Notes: generated by a model not told the origin, from the sequence alone. A stretch of 60,606 bases of DNA from an uncultured Planctomycetales bacterium (GCA_964374105.1 CAYJXI010000009.1:1-60606), one strand, 5' to 3'; positions 1 through 9,700 are shown, counted from the stretch's first letter. Translations and numbers: made by a program.

Positions 1-59
1 GTTCCTAATTAATTGCGCGCGGATTCGATAATTTTAATTTCAAAAAAACTTGTTTTTTC

Positions 60-88
60 TTGTTTTTTAAATAGGTAGAAGGTATACT
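60..88 (+). promoter_or_regulatory. putative sigma70-type promoter upstream of the PPIase/tad genes
   Basis: -35 TTGTTT at 60-65, 17-nt spacer, -10 TATACT at 83-88. Same GTATACTT-type -10 as at 9319 and 23823. Followed by a GC-rich hairpin at 134-152 and RBS AGAGGAG at 172-178. Confidence 0.3.
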
Positions 89-184
89 TTTAAATATAAT
101 TTTTATTTTCGTTTAACTCAACTGAAGTTTCTTCACTCCCGCTTCGGGGGTGATCTTTATTCAAAATTTTTAGAGGAGTCAATA

Positions 185-1168
185 ATGTTAAAGAATAATA
201 GATGGGCGCCAGTTGTTTTATGTATAATTTTTTTAAGCAGCATAACAGGTTGTGAAAAAATTTCTGGATTTGTCGAATATTTCTCTCCCAAAAAGCCAAA
301 GCCCCCGGTAACGGCTACTCCGAAATCAGACCCCGGCCCTATCCCCGCCCAATCCATCGTTGCACCCGCTATCCCTCCTCAATCGGCAACGACAGAACCT
401 AAGGAGTTGCCCAATAATGTGTTGGCCAAGGTGGGAAATTGGACGCTCACTATTGAAGAATTTAAAGAAAGGTTAAATGCCCTTAAAGAAATGGTGCCTG
501 ACTTTGATGTCAATGATCCGGATGCAAAAAAAATGATCTTAGAGGAATTGATACGTCAACAACTTTTAGTGGAAGAAGGAGAAAAAACAGGAGTAGCCAA
601 TAAGAAAGATGTGATGATGGCGGTGGAGGAATTTAAACGAACGCTTTTGGTACGCGAGGTTGCTAATAATATCGTCAAAAATATTCAAGTGACCGACCAG
701 GAAGCCGAGGAATATTATAACCAAAATAAAAGCGAATTTGTGGAACGCGCCCAGTGGCGTTTGAGTGAAATTGTTGTTGATACGGAAGAGGTTGCCAAAG
801 AGATTTTAATCGAAATTTTAAAAGACGCAGATTTTGCTGAAATGGCTAAACAAAAATCAAAAGGCAAGACCGCAGCCGAGGGAGGAGACCTTGGTTTTAT
901 GGTATCTTTCGAATTCCCACAATTAGAAAAGGCGGTGGAAGGGTTAGAGGTAGGGAAAGTCAGTGGCGTCTTTCAAGGACCCGAGGGGTTTTATATTGTT
1001 AAATTAACCGATAAACAAGGTGGCGAGCAAAGGGAATTCGTTGGAATCAAGGACGATATAAAAAATGGTCTTACCATGCTGAAACAGCAACAAGCCATTG
1101 TGAAATATCTAGATGAGTTGCGTCAGAAGGCCACAGTCTATGTTAATGAAAAACTATTAGAGCTTTAA
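185..1168 (+). CDS. PpiC/parvulin-type peptidyl-prolyl isomerase lipoprotein (SurA/PrsA-like)
   Basis: 327-aa ORF. N-terminal signal with lipobox LSSITG|C. C-terminal parvulin-like block (RLSEIVV...AEGGDLGFM...GVFQGPEGFYIVKL). RBS AGAGGAG 7 nt upstream of the ATG. Confidence 0.8.
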   Translation: MLKNNRWAPVVLCIIFLSSITGCEKISGFVEYFSPKKPKPPVTATPKSDPGPIPAQSIVAPAIPPQSATTEPKELPNNVLAKVGNWTLTIEEFKERLNALKEMVPDFDVNDPDAKKMILEELIRQQLLVEEGEKTGVANKKDVMMAVEEFKRTLLVREVANNIVKNIQVTDQEAEEYYNQNKSEFVERAQWRLSEIVVDTEEVAKEILIEILKDADFAEMAKQKSKGKTAAEGGDLGFMVSFEFPQLEKAVEGLEVGKVSGVFQGPEGFYIVKLTDKQGGEQREFVGIKDDIKNGLTMLKQQQAIVKYLDELRQKATVYVNEKLLEL

Positions 1169-1199
1169 GGGATTTGGATAAGCAAGGGAGAGGAGGCCT

Positions 1200-2000
1200 A
1201 TGAATTTAGAAAATAAAAAACAAATCGCTATTGTCGCATTGGCCATCGGGTTTGGACTTGTAGCCGCGGTCTTAACCGGCAATCATATACAAGACAGCAT
1301 CAAGAAACAAACAGCTTTATTATCCCAGGAATATGAAAATAAAAAGATTAAACCGCTGATGCAGGAGATTCAAACCCTGCGTGATGAAATGAAAAAGCTG
1401 GCGACCCAACAAGCGACAGTAGCCCAGAAGGTTGGTGATACTAAATCAGAGGCCCCCGCCGCACCCAAATCCACGTTGGCTTTAAGAACTCCCGCAGGAA
1501 AAAGGGCGTATACCATATTGATCGATTCCCTCTCGGCCGTGGGTGGGCTTATCAACCCTGGTGACTATATCGATGTTATTGGCGATCTCAATATGCCGGA
1601 TCCTGTTACCAATAAAACTGAGAACATCATAACCATGTTGTTTCAAAATGTCCAGATTTTAGCGGTGGGAACCAATCTCACCGGCCCGGGAGGGTATGAA
1701 CAACAACAAGCCACAAGGGCTCTGAATATTACGTTTGCCTTGTCTCCCGAAGAGGCTGGACTTTTAACATTTATCCAAAAAAATGGGAGATTGTACTTGA
1801 TTTTAAGAGCACCGGCTGAGACGGAAACCCAAATCATGCAAGTTTCCAACTGGTCGGCCTTGGCGGATTACGTATTTGAAAAACAAGGAACGGAGTTGAT
1901 CATTCCCCGACAGCGCGCCCTTATTGAGCCGGTTCCAGGCGGTGGTAAGGATGAGGTAAAACCTTTTATCGAAATATTCCGCGGCGGGCGAGAGATGTAA
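1200..2000 (+). CDS. cpaB: Flp pilus assembly protein CpaB/RcpC
   Basis: 266 aa. N-terminal TM helix and coiled-coil linker, then a CpaB-type block (GKRAYTILIDSLSAVGGLINPGDYIDVIGDL...QNVQILAVG...ITFALSPEEAGLLTF..GRLYLILR). Confidence 0.75.
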   Translation: MNLENKKQIAIVALAIGFGLVAAVLTGNHIQDSIKKQTALLSQEYENKKIKPLMQEIQTLRDEMKKLATQQATVAQKVGDTKSEAPAAPKSTLALRTPAGKRAYTILIDSLSAVGGLINPGDYIDVIGDLNMPDPVTNKTENIITMLFQNVQILAVGTNLTGPGGYEQQQATRALNITFALSPEEAGLLTFIQKNGRLYLILRAPAETETQIMQVSNWSALADYVFEKQGTELIIPRQRALIEPVPGGGKDEVKPFIEIFRGGREM

Positions 2001-2085
2001 ACCTTTAAATAGATAGATAAGATCAATCCAACATGCTGTGATAAAGAATAATGGCTTATTTGAAGGAGGGATTGTAAGGGCAAGT

Positions 2086-4143
2086 ATGAAAAAAAATATT
2101 GAGAGATGGATTCGAGGCGTTCTGGTTTTTGCCTTTCTGTTATCGATGATATGCTATCCCGGATTTAGTATCGAAATTCAAGAATCTATTGATACCAAAG
2201 AAGAAAGCGATATTTTTATCTATCAAGGGGATTTGGTTTCCTTAAAGGTTTATTCTTTGACACGGATAGCGGTCAGTAATCCGGGAATCGTAGAAATTGC
2301 CAAGGCCGATGTTGATGAGATTCTTTTGATCGGGATGAAGGAAGGCGAGACTTCCATGTATCTGTGGGATGAGTTGGGCAAACGAATGGTCGTTGTACGC
2401 GTGTTTAGTGAGAATTTGGATGTTATTATTGCCCGGATGAAGAAACTATTAGAGAATGCTGAAATTGAAGGGATTGTATTTGAGAAAAACAACTATGAAG
2501 GAAAGGTGGTTATTAAAGGAATCGTTCCACCGGATAAGGGAGACGCTTTTACCCGGATCGCCGAACAGTTTGCGAACAAGTTGCTCAATTATGCCAAGGT
2601 CGAACAAAATAAAGATATGATTCAAATTGACGCGCAATTTACCGAGTTGACCTCAACACTTCAAAAAATCTTGGGGTTTGATTGGAATACGGGAACGGAA
2701 GGGATCACCTTGCCTTACAAGGAGACTTTGCCTACTCTGGATGGAAGTATAAGTGACTTTTTTAAGATCGGAGATTTCCGGCGGACGGCAACTATTATAG
2801 CCACTGTCAACGCCCTTCTTGCTGAGGGGAAAGCGCGCATTCTTTCAAAACCTAGTCTCGTTGTTATCAATGGGGCTGCAGCAAGTTTTATGGTGGGGGG
2901 CGAGATCCCTATCAGGACAACCACCACCAGTGCTGGCGGCAATGTCACGGAAAATATATCTTTTAGATCCTACGGAGTTGATTTGTCAGTCACCCCCACT
3001 ATTTTCGATCAGAACAAAGTTGACCTCTCCTTGAATATAGCAATTAGAGATATTGATGCGGCAAATGCCGCGGCAGGAGTGGTAGCCTTTACCACGAAAA
3101 CAGCAACTACAAAGCTGCTTTTAGAGGACGGCCAAACAATAGTATTAGCTGGATTTATTAAACATCACGTCGGCCAGACTATTCGCCGAATTCCATTTTT
3201 AAGCGATATCCCCGTTGTGGGGGCTTTCTTTCGTCACAAACAGTTTTCACCAAATAATGATCAGGAAGTCGTTGTGACATTAACCCCGCGGATTATAAGA
3301 CAGAAAAAGTCAGGGGAGGCGCAGGGAACGGAAGAAAAAGAGAAGCAGGAAGCAAAATTACAAGAAGAGAAAGAGATGATTGCTAAAGAAGATGCAACAA
3401 AGGAGGAAGGAGTTTCGCAAGCGAAAATGCCCGAGGAGGCAACATGGACAGAATCTAAAGAGGTTGCGGAAAAGAAAAAAGAGATTTCCAAACAGCCCAT
3501 AGAAAAAGCAGCGGAAGTCGAGGGCAAAGAAGTTATATCTGAAGAAGAGGATACGGATTTAGCCCAGTGGGATATCACAAAAGAGGAAGAACAGCTCAGT
3601 GAAGACGAAGAAATGGAAGCCGCCGTTAGAGATGAAGATGTTGCCGAGGAAGAATTAGAACAGGAGGCAAAGGAAATTGCCAAATTGCCTATTGAGGAAG
3701 AGATTGGCAAAGAAGCACCTCCAGGGGAAATGTCGAAAGCGGTTGAAATTACAAAAGAGGAAAAAGATACAACCGCGGTGATTACTTCTTATGTTCAGGC
3801 GATTCAGAAAAAAATTTCTCGGACTATCTCTTTCCCTTACGAAGCCAAACAGAAAGGGTGGGAAGGAACAGTTAAGCTCACCTTAACAATTTTAAGTGAC
3901 GGCACACTGAACGAAGTGACCATTAAAGAGTCATCAGGGCATAAGGTGTTTGACGCCGATGCGATGAATACCGCGCAAATCCTTGCTCCGTTCGATCCGT
4001 TCCCAGTGGAAATGGATTTGGAGGAATTAATTGTAACGATCCCCATCATTTATAGACAAGAGGCTCTTGAGCAAAACAAAGGAGATAATCCGTCAGATAA
4101 CAATTTATCCAGTGCAAAAAAAGAGCAAAAACTTCCGATTTAG
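2086..4143 (+). CDS. cpaC: CpaC/RcpA-type secretin fused to an acidic linker and a TonB C-terminal domain
   Basis: The track ORF starts at GTG 2038, but ATG 2086 gives a clean signal peptide (MKKNIERWIRGVLVFAFLLSMICYPGFS). Pilus N-terminal/BON-like region is followed by a canonical secretin core (ARILSKPSLVVINGAAASFMVGGEIPI...TIVLAGFI...IPFLSDIPVVGAFFR). An E/K-rich segment spans ~3300-3770, then a TonB_C-like block (FPYEAKQKGWEGTVKLTLTILSDGTLNEVTIKESSGHKVFDADAMNT). Confidence 0.85.
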   Translation: MKKNIERWIRGVLVFAFLLSMICYPGFSIEIQESIDTKEESDIFIYQGDLVSLKVYSLTRIAVSNPGIVEIAKADVDEILLIGMKEGETSMYLWDELGKRMVVVRVFSENLDVIIARMKKLLENAEIEGIVFEKNNYEGKVVIKGIVPPDKGDAFTRIAEQFANKLLNYAKVEQNKDMIQIDAQFTELTSTLQKILGFDWNTGTEGITLPYKETLPTLDGSISDFFKIGDFRRTATIIATVNALLAEGKARILSKPSLVVINGAAASFMVGGEIPIRTTTTSAGGNVTENISFRSYGVDLSVTPTIFDQNKVDLSLNIAIRDIDAANAAAGVVAFTTKTATTKLLLEDGQTIVLAGFIKHHVGQTIRRIPFLSDIPVVGAFFRHKQFSPNNDQEVVVTLTPRIIRQKKSGEAQGTEEKEKQEAKLQEEKEMIAKEDATKEEGVSQAKMPEEATWTESKEVAEKKKEISKQPIEKAAEVEGKEVISEEEDTDLAQWDITKEEEQLSEDEEMEAAVRDEDVAEEELEQEAKEIAKLPIEEEIGKEAPPGEMSKAVEITKEEKDTTAVITSYVQAIQKKISRTISFPYEAKQKGWEGTVKLTLTILSDGTLNEVTIKESSGHKVFDADAMNTAQILAPFDPFPVEMDLEELIVTIPIIYRQEALEQNKGDNPSDNNLSSAKKEQKLPI

Positions 4144-4255
4144 ATCCCAATTTTAAGTTTAACGGTGGAATGGATTTAATAATTAATTTGGACTTTCAAA
4201 CTCTTCTAATCTTAAAGAAGTTTCTCCCGCGCGCATACCAAGGTGACTAAAGACG

Positions 4256-6424
4256 ATGGATTCCAAAATCATATCAATATTCAGCAATAAAGGCGGGGTG
4301 GGGAAGACCTTTGTTGCGGTCAATTTAGCAACAGCCCTGGCGATTTCCGGCCGTCGGGTGCTATTGATTGATCTTGATTTTCAGGCAGGACAAGATATGG
4401 CAAGAATGCTCAATCTCGTTCCCCGCTATGCCCTGGTGAATGCCTTATCCCAAATTGAAAAGTCCGACAGTTCGGATGCAATCAAAAAATTTGTTATCTC
4501 TCATTCCAGTGGACTGGATTTCCTTCCGGCGGTTGTTCAAGTCAAGCAAGTCGGGCACATTACTCCAGATAACATCAAATTGTTTTTTAAAAAAGCTGCT
4601 TTAGCCTATGAATATATTATTATTGATGCCGGCAAATTATTCAGTGAATCTATCTTGACAGCCTTCGATCACTCTAATCTCATTTTGTTGATTGCCACCC
4701 CTGATGTTTTGGCTGTCTATCAGATCAAATGGTCAATTGAATGGTTGCAAAGTCTACATTTTCCGCTCAAGATGGTTAAATTGGTCCTCAATCGTTCGGA
4801 AAGTCGAGGAGGGGTTGCCTGGCAGGAGGTTAGAACAGCATTGGGTTGTGAAATCTTTGCCCGCATCCCCTCCGATGGCCACGTGGTTGGGTTGGCGCTT
4901 AATCGGGGCGTTCCCTGTGTTATCGATAGTCCTAAGAGCAAGGTTACCGAGGCTTTTAATAAAATGGTCAATGATCTTAAGAGTCCGGAGATTTATGTTC
5001 AGGCAACGGCGGAATTTACAAAAAAACGAGTCCTTGAGCAAGGGGTAGATGCCACTAATCAGTTCTGGGAAAAATTTGGTATCAGCCCTAAAAACCTTCC
5101 TGGCGCAGGTGAGGTTTTTGTTAAAGAAGAAGACGAGATTGTCGCTTTAAAAAAGAAAATCCACGAAAAACTCGTGGAGCGATTGCATGTGGAGGATTTA
5201 ACTCCCGAAACATTGAGCGATCCGAAAAAGGCAAAAGAACTCAAAGATTCCGCGCAAAAGATCGTTAGCAATTTACTTATTGAAGAAAAAGGGGCTTTGA
5301 TTTCCTCCCACGAGGAACGCTCTAAGATCGTTCAAGAAATCGTGGATGAGGCCTTAGGGTTAGGTGCTTTGGAGGAGTTTTTAGCGGATCCGGAAATATC
5401 GGATATTCTAGTGAATGGCAAAGATGAACTCTATATTGAAAAAAACGGAAAACTGATTTACACAAATAGGAAATTTGTTTCTGATCAACAGATGCGGGCG
5501 ATCATTGATCGGATCATCGCGCCTTTGGGAAGAAGAATTGATGAATCTGTACCGATGGTGGATGCCCGCCTGCCGGATGGATCGCGTTTTAATGCTATTA
5601 TCCCTCCTTTGTCTCTGAGCGGCCCCATGATTACTATCCGTAAATTCGGCGTTGAACGTCTCGAAGCCCAGGAACTTTTAAATCAATATCAGAGTTTGTC
5701 AAAATCCATGTATGATTTTCTGGAGGCCTGTGTTATAGGTCGACGGAATATTATTGTTTCGGGAGGGACGGGGGCAGGTAAAACAACGCTTCTTAATGTC
5801 ATCTCGCAATTTATCCCCGATAATGAGAGAATCATCACCATTGAAGATGCCGCCGAATTAAGATTGAAGAAGAGCCATTGGGGAAGACTCGAATCCCGCC
5901 CCTCCAACGTAGAAGGGAAAGGGGCCATTTCCATCCGGGATTTGTTTATTAATACCCTTCGTATGCGACCCGATAGAATCATCATCGGGGAGTGTCGCGG
6001 TCCGGAGGTTCTGGATATGTTGCAAGCCATGAACACGGGACACGATGGATCCATGACGACCCTTCATGCCAACTCAACGCACGATGCGATGGTTCGGATG
6101 AGTTCCATGATTTTGTTAAGCGGAATTGAACTGCCGGTTCGGGCCATCAATGAAATGATTGCCTCCGCTATCGACATCATTGTGCATATCGCTCGTCTTT
6201 CCGATGGGACAAGAAAGCTTACCGGAATTACAGAGGTAGCAGGATTACACCAAGATTTCCATGTTGATTTACGGGATATCTTTGTTTTTGATCAAAAAGG
6301 AAAAGACGAAAACGGTTTGGTGATTGGAGAGTACGCCTCCACTGGATATATCCCAAAATGTTTCCACGAACTGGTCACCTTAGGAATTAAATTGGATAAA
6401 TCGATGTTTAGTAAGCCCTCTTAA
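4256..6424 (+). CDS. cpaF: fusion of CpaE/TadZ-like MinD/ParA ATPase with CpaF/TadA secretion ATPase
   Basis: 722 aa. N-terminal deviant Walker A (SNKGGVGKTFVAVNLA) of the MinD/ParA family. The C-terminal half has a T2SS-E/VirB11-type Walker A (GGTGAGKTTLLN), IITIEDAAEL, RMRPDRIIIGECRG and GHDGSMTTLHAN. Confidence 0.85.
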   Translation: MDSKIISIFSNKGGVGKTFVAVNLATALAISGRRVLLIDLDFQAGQDMARMLNLVPRYALVNALSQIEKSDSSDAIKKFVISHSSGLDFLPAVVQVKQVGHITPDNIKLFFKKAALAYEYIIIDAGKLFSESILTAFDHSNLILLIATPDVLAVYQIKWSIEWLQSLHFPLKMVKLVLNRSESRGGVAWQEVRTALGCEIFARIPSDGHVVGLALNRGVPCVIDSPKSKVTEAFNKMVNDLKSPEIYVQATAEFTKKRVLEQGVDATNQFWEKFGISPKNLPGAGEVFVKEEDEIVALKKKIHEKLVERLHVEDLTPETLSDPKKAKELKDSAQKIVSNLLIEEKGALISSHEERSKIVQEIVDEALGLGALEEFLADPEISDILVNGKDELYIEKNGKLIYTNRKFVSDQQMRAIIDRIIAPLGRRIDESVPMVDARLPDGSRFNAIIPPLSLSGPMITIRKFGVERLEAQELLNQYQSLSKSMYDFLEACVIGRRNIIVSGGTGAGKTTLLNVISQFIPDNERIITIEDAAELRLKKSHWGRLESRPSNVEGKGAISIRDLFINTLRMRPDRIIIGECRGPEVLDMLQAMNTGHDGSMTTLHANSTHDAMVRMSSMILLSGIELPVRAINEMIASAIDIIVHIARLSDGTRKLTGITEVAGLHQDFHVDLRDIFVFDQKGKDENGLVIGEYASTGYIPKCFHELVTLGIKLDKSMFSKPS

Positions 6425-6435
6425 ATACCACTTCC

Positions 6436-6780
6436 GTGAGGATCCTTAATAAATCCAAGCAGACAATAATCTCCCAACAAACTAAAATTGCCGACTCGAT
6501 TCTTTCAAGACTTATCGGACTTTTGGAGCGATCCTCTATTGATCCCCAGGAGGCCCTTGTCATTACCCATTGTCGGGCCATTCACATGTTTTTTATGCGG
6601 TTTTCTATCGATGTCATTTTTGTGGATAAAAATAACCGAGCCATAGGGCTCATCGCAAGGATCAAACCCTTCCAAATCAGTCCTTACTTTTTTAGATCTC
6701 ATTATGCCATTGAATTGCCCCCCGGGAAAATACAAGAGACAAAGACGACGTTAGGGGATGTAATTGCCTTCGAGCAATAA
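6436..6780 (+). CDS. DUF192 family protein
   Basis: 114 aa, GTG start. Pattern RLIGLL...ALVITHCRAIHMFFMRFSIDVIFVDKNN...AIELPPG...LGDVI fits the DUF192/COG1430 signature as I know it. Confidence 0.6.
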   Translation: MRILNKSKQTIISQQTKIADSILSRLIGLLERSSIDPQEALVITHCRAIHMFFMRFSIDVIFVDKNNRAIGLIARIKPFQISPYFFRSHYAIELPPGKIQETKTTLGDVIAFEQ

Positions 6781-6861
6781 GAATTATCTCATCGTTAGAT
6801 TAGGAATGAGGTAAGTTGTCGGCCAGAGGAATGAATAAAGTCATCGGGAACGGAGAAACAT

Positions 6862-7101
6862 TTAGACGAGATCATCTAAGTCTATATCGCTAGCTGCACG
6901 GTCAATCTCATCCAGCCATCTTTGGCAATGCCGACAGAATTTGGCTTCTTTTAAAATTTTCTTCCCACAATAAATGCATCGTTTCTTTTCAACGCTAGGA
7001 TAATCCACATTAATGATATCATCAATAATAAATTGGGTACAGTGAGGGCAGCGGTTGGCACCCTCATTAATTAACTCATAACAATAAGGACATTTGTACA
7101 T
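6862..7101 (-). CDS. double zinc-ribbon protein
   Basis: 79 aa with four CxxC pairs (CPYC..CPHC, CIYC..CRHC). Convergent with the tad genes. Confidence 0.5.
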   Translation of the reverse strand: MYKCPYCYELINEGANRCPHCTQFIIDDIINVDYPSVEKKRCIYCGKKILKEAKFCRHCQRWLDEIDRAASDIDLDDLV

Positions 7102-7451
7102 AACGTTTAGTTCAGATGGACTTAGGCCTTCAAGGGAGTGATTCCGAATTTATTATACTATCAATTTGAAATTTTATGTGAATTTAATTTGGCCTTATAA
7201 GAAGTTTTTTTAATTTCTGAGGGAAATTTGACAAATGAATTTACTTTAAAATGGAGATGAATTATTTTGAGCCCTACTTTCGCATATGATATATTATTTA
7301 CTAATTGATTTTTCGAATACGCCAATACCCTAAATCGGTCTTGTCCCAAAAATATATGCGCTATCGGGGTAATTCCCCGAATGCTCATGAGAGGGCGGGA
7401 TTCATTACTCCAGCACCTTAATAAATAACAATTGGACAGAAAAGAATAAAC

Positions 7452-9251
7452 ATGGGCGTTATTTATAAATTAAAAGAAGATCTCATCACTTTCATTATTA
7501 ATCAAAAGAAAGAAAAACCTTATCTCAGTTGTCGCAACTTGGTTGGGATTATCCATCAAAATTTTCAAATCGAAGTGTCCAAATCCTCGATCAACACTGT
7601 ATTAAAAGGGGCGCATTTAAGTAGTCCTGTTGGTCGCCGACCCCTTGTTGCGGAAGAAGGTTTTACCCTTTCGAAGATGAAGAAATTCCAAATTCCAGCG
7701 GAAAAAAAGACTTGGTTATTAAATGCTAAACAAGAACAAAGGCTTAAACCAACAGAAAGTCAAATTCCCGTTCAGTTATCTGCCTCTTTGAGTGGATTGA
7801 CAGAAGCGAAGGCACGCCAGAATTTTCAAAACCTTTTGGAAGATAAAAAGTTAGGGGAAAGTCGCCTTTGTAAGGCCATGGGGTATATTTTCCTTAAAGC
7901 CGCGGAATGGGAATTGTCCGATGCTCCCATATTGGGCAAGGTTTTGAAGAATTATTTTGATCAGGATTTTTCATCCATACCCATAAATCAAATAGCAGAA
8001 ACCCTGCTTTTTATGAATGTATTTGACATTAAAAATTTAAATGAGATTCCCCGCCATCAAGATCTAGGGCCCTGGGTTCTCAGTGATTTTAACCGTCAAT
8101 TCAATCCCAGCGAGTTTAATAAAATCATTGAAGGTATTAGCGATTTAAAAAAATTTTACTTAAGTTTTTCAATCGAATTAAGCCAAATTCTCAAAGAAGC
8201 CTTTTTTGTTAAATTGTTTTTGGAAGATGGAAGCGAGGTGGGATTGGATCCGCAGATGACGTCGATTTGGCCCACACAGATTTCCAGGCCAATACCCGCT
8301 GCATTTTCTTCACCCATATGTAAAGCCACATCCTTCATCATTAAGCAAATTGTTAATAATTTCGAGCCAGCAATTCTTTCTGGTTTACAGAACGAGGCGA
8401 AAGAAGAATGGCGTAGTTTTCTCTTGGCTTTCGAGAATACTCCAGGGAAGATAATTCAAAAGATTGTTATCTATGACAACCAACAAAAAGAATTAACTTG
8501 TTTTCCCTGGATTCCCAAAAAAAGACGCCAATTTATCCTGGGAATATGGCCACGGCATCAGGACTTTAGTATATGGGAAAAAAGATTATTATTAGAAGAA
8601 GCCGGTAAGAGGGACTCCTTGTTTATACCGCCGTTGCAGAAACAAATTCATTATTATGAAAAGATTCTTTCATTTAACGACAGTAAAGATCCCTTTATCC
8701 CATCAAATTTAAAGGTAAGGGTGTTAGGATTAATGCAACCCGATAATTCCAGTCCTTATCTTATAATTTTGACCAATGCGTGTGAAAAAGAATATTCTGC
8801 AAAAGATTTGATTTGTTCTTATGTATTAAGATGGCCGAACTTAGAAAAAGGTAACAATATCCCTTTGTTAAGCAACCCGATTTTGTTTTCATCTCAAAAA
8901 TCGATGGAGTCAGATTGTGTAGAAAAGGATTTATTTAAAGAAGCCAATGCTTTGTCACTGGTAGGGAAGAAAGGCCCGAATGATTTTATAACTTATTTAG
9001 TATCATTGCTTAATAAATTTTTTGTTATCAAATATTTTCCTCAAAACCATAAGGATATTGATACAGCTAACATCAAATCAATTATTTATGAACTTTCAGG
9101 GGCATGTTGGAAGCAGGGAAATCATTTGATCATAAAACTTAATTTGCCAAAAGATTTTAACTATAAAGGTGAGGTGGAATTTGCCATATCTAGTCTTAAT
9201 GAAAGATCAATTAGAAATTTTCAAGGAGAGCAGGTCTATATAATAAATTAA
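7452..9251 (+). CDS. hypothetical protein with N-terminal HTH, possibly a degenerate DDE-transposase relative
   Basis: 599-aa ORF in a visibly AT-rich segment. N-terminal HTH-like LSCRNLVGIIHQNFQIEVSKSSINTVLKG. Near the C-terminus, AKDLICSYVLRWPNLEKG resembles the Y-x2-R-W..E signature of IS4/IS1634-type transposases with one extra residue. No terminal inverted repeats found by eye. Confidence 0.5.
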   Translation: MGVIYKLKEDLITFIINQKKEKPYLSCRNLVGIIHQNFQIEVSKSSINTVLKGAHLSSPVGRRPLVAEEGFTLSKMKKFQIPAEKKTWLLNAKQEQRLKPTESQIPVQLSASLSGLTEAKARQNFQNLLEDKKLGESRLCKAMGYIFLKAAEWELSDAPILGKVLKNYFDQDFSSIPINQIAETLLFMNVFDIKNLNEIPRHQDLGPWVLSDFNRQFNPSEFNKIIEGISDLKKFYLSFSIELSQILKEAFFVKLFLEDGSEVGLDPQMTSIWPTQISRPIPAAFSSPICKATSFIIKQIVNNFEPAILSGLQNEAKEEWRSFLLAFENTPGKIIQKIVIYDNQQKELTCFPWIPKKRRQFILGIWPRHQDFSIWEKRLLLEEAGKRDSLFIPPLQKQIHYYEKILSFNDSKDPFIPSNLKVRVLGLMQPDNSSPYLIILTNACEKEYSAKDLICSYVLRWPNLEKGNNIPLLSNPILFSSQKSMESDCVEKDLFKEANALSLVGKKGPNDFITYLVSLLNKFFVIKYFPQNHKDIDTANIKSIIYELSGACWKQGNHLIIKLNLPKDFNYKGEVEFAISSLNERSIRNFQGEQVYIIN

Positions 9252-9294
9252 TATAAATAATAATACTGTTTATTCAAAATTTTTTGCCTCAAAC

Positions 9295-9324
9295 TTGACA
9301 ATTTTCTTTTTTTTATGTTATACT
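9295..9324 (+). promoter_or_regulatory. strong sigma70-type promoter with extended -10 upstream of the pilin cluster
   Basis: TTGACA at 9295-9300, 18-nt spacer, TGtTATACT with -10 at 9319-9324. Confidence 0.45.
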
Positions 9325-9451
9325 TTCGTAGGTTGAAATAAGTAAATATAAATTATATCTAAGCCACGGAGAGAGGGGAATGAGTTTTTATCTTTTTAAA
9401 AAACTAATTCAGAATTTTTTAAATAAGAAATTCATTCATTCAGTAATTTAT

Positions 9452-9488
9452 AGTCTCCAGCAAAATGAGCTTGGAGACTTTTTTATTT
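9452..9488 (+). terminator. intrinsic terminator-like hairpin in the leader of the pilin cluster
   Basis: Stem AGTCTCCA (9452-9459) pairs with TGGAGACT (9472-9479), followed by TTTTTATTT. Confidence 0.45.
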
Positions 9489-9700
9489 GGTTAGAGGCCC
9501 AATTTTTAAAAAGGATCTCTACCCCATTAATTTGGGGTTTTATTCATTATTTTCTTTTATCGATATTAGAATTCAAGAGAATAATGAATGCCGATGAAAG
9601 AGAGTTGGTCGGCAATATAATGCCCTTGAGGGTGAATTCCACTCCTTTAGTTTTAAGGAGTAGGGCAAGTTTCATCTGAAATACTAAAGGTGCAGGCGCG

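Noticed and set aside
2038-2085. GTG 2038 as the secretin start.
   Set aside because: The extra 16 residues precede a perfect signal peptide that starts at ATG 2086. Either start is possible, but 2086 is favoured.
4692-5048. Alternative-frame and antisense ORFs inside cpaE/cpaF, the secretin and the 1385-aa gene (e.g. 4692-5048, 3261-3710, 16184-16636).
   Set aside because: They are fully nested in well-supported genes and lack recognisable motifs.
7161-7388. 75-aa minus-strand ORF.
   Set aside because: Lies in AT-rich intergenic sequence with no RBS and no recognisable motif. Probably spurious.
9380-9679. 99-aa + ORF between the promoter and the first pilin.
   Set aside because: AT-rich, low-complexity translation with no recognisable motif. 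It contains an intrinsic terminator (9452-9488) in its first third. More likely a non-coding leader.
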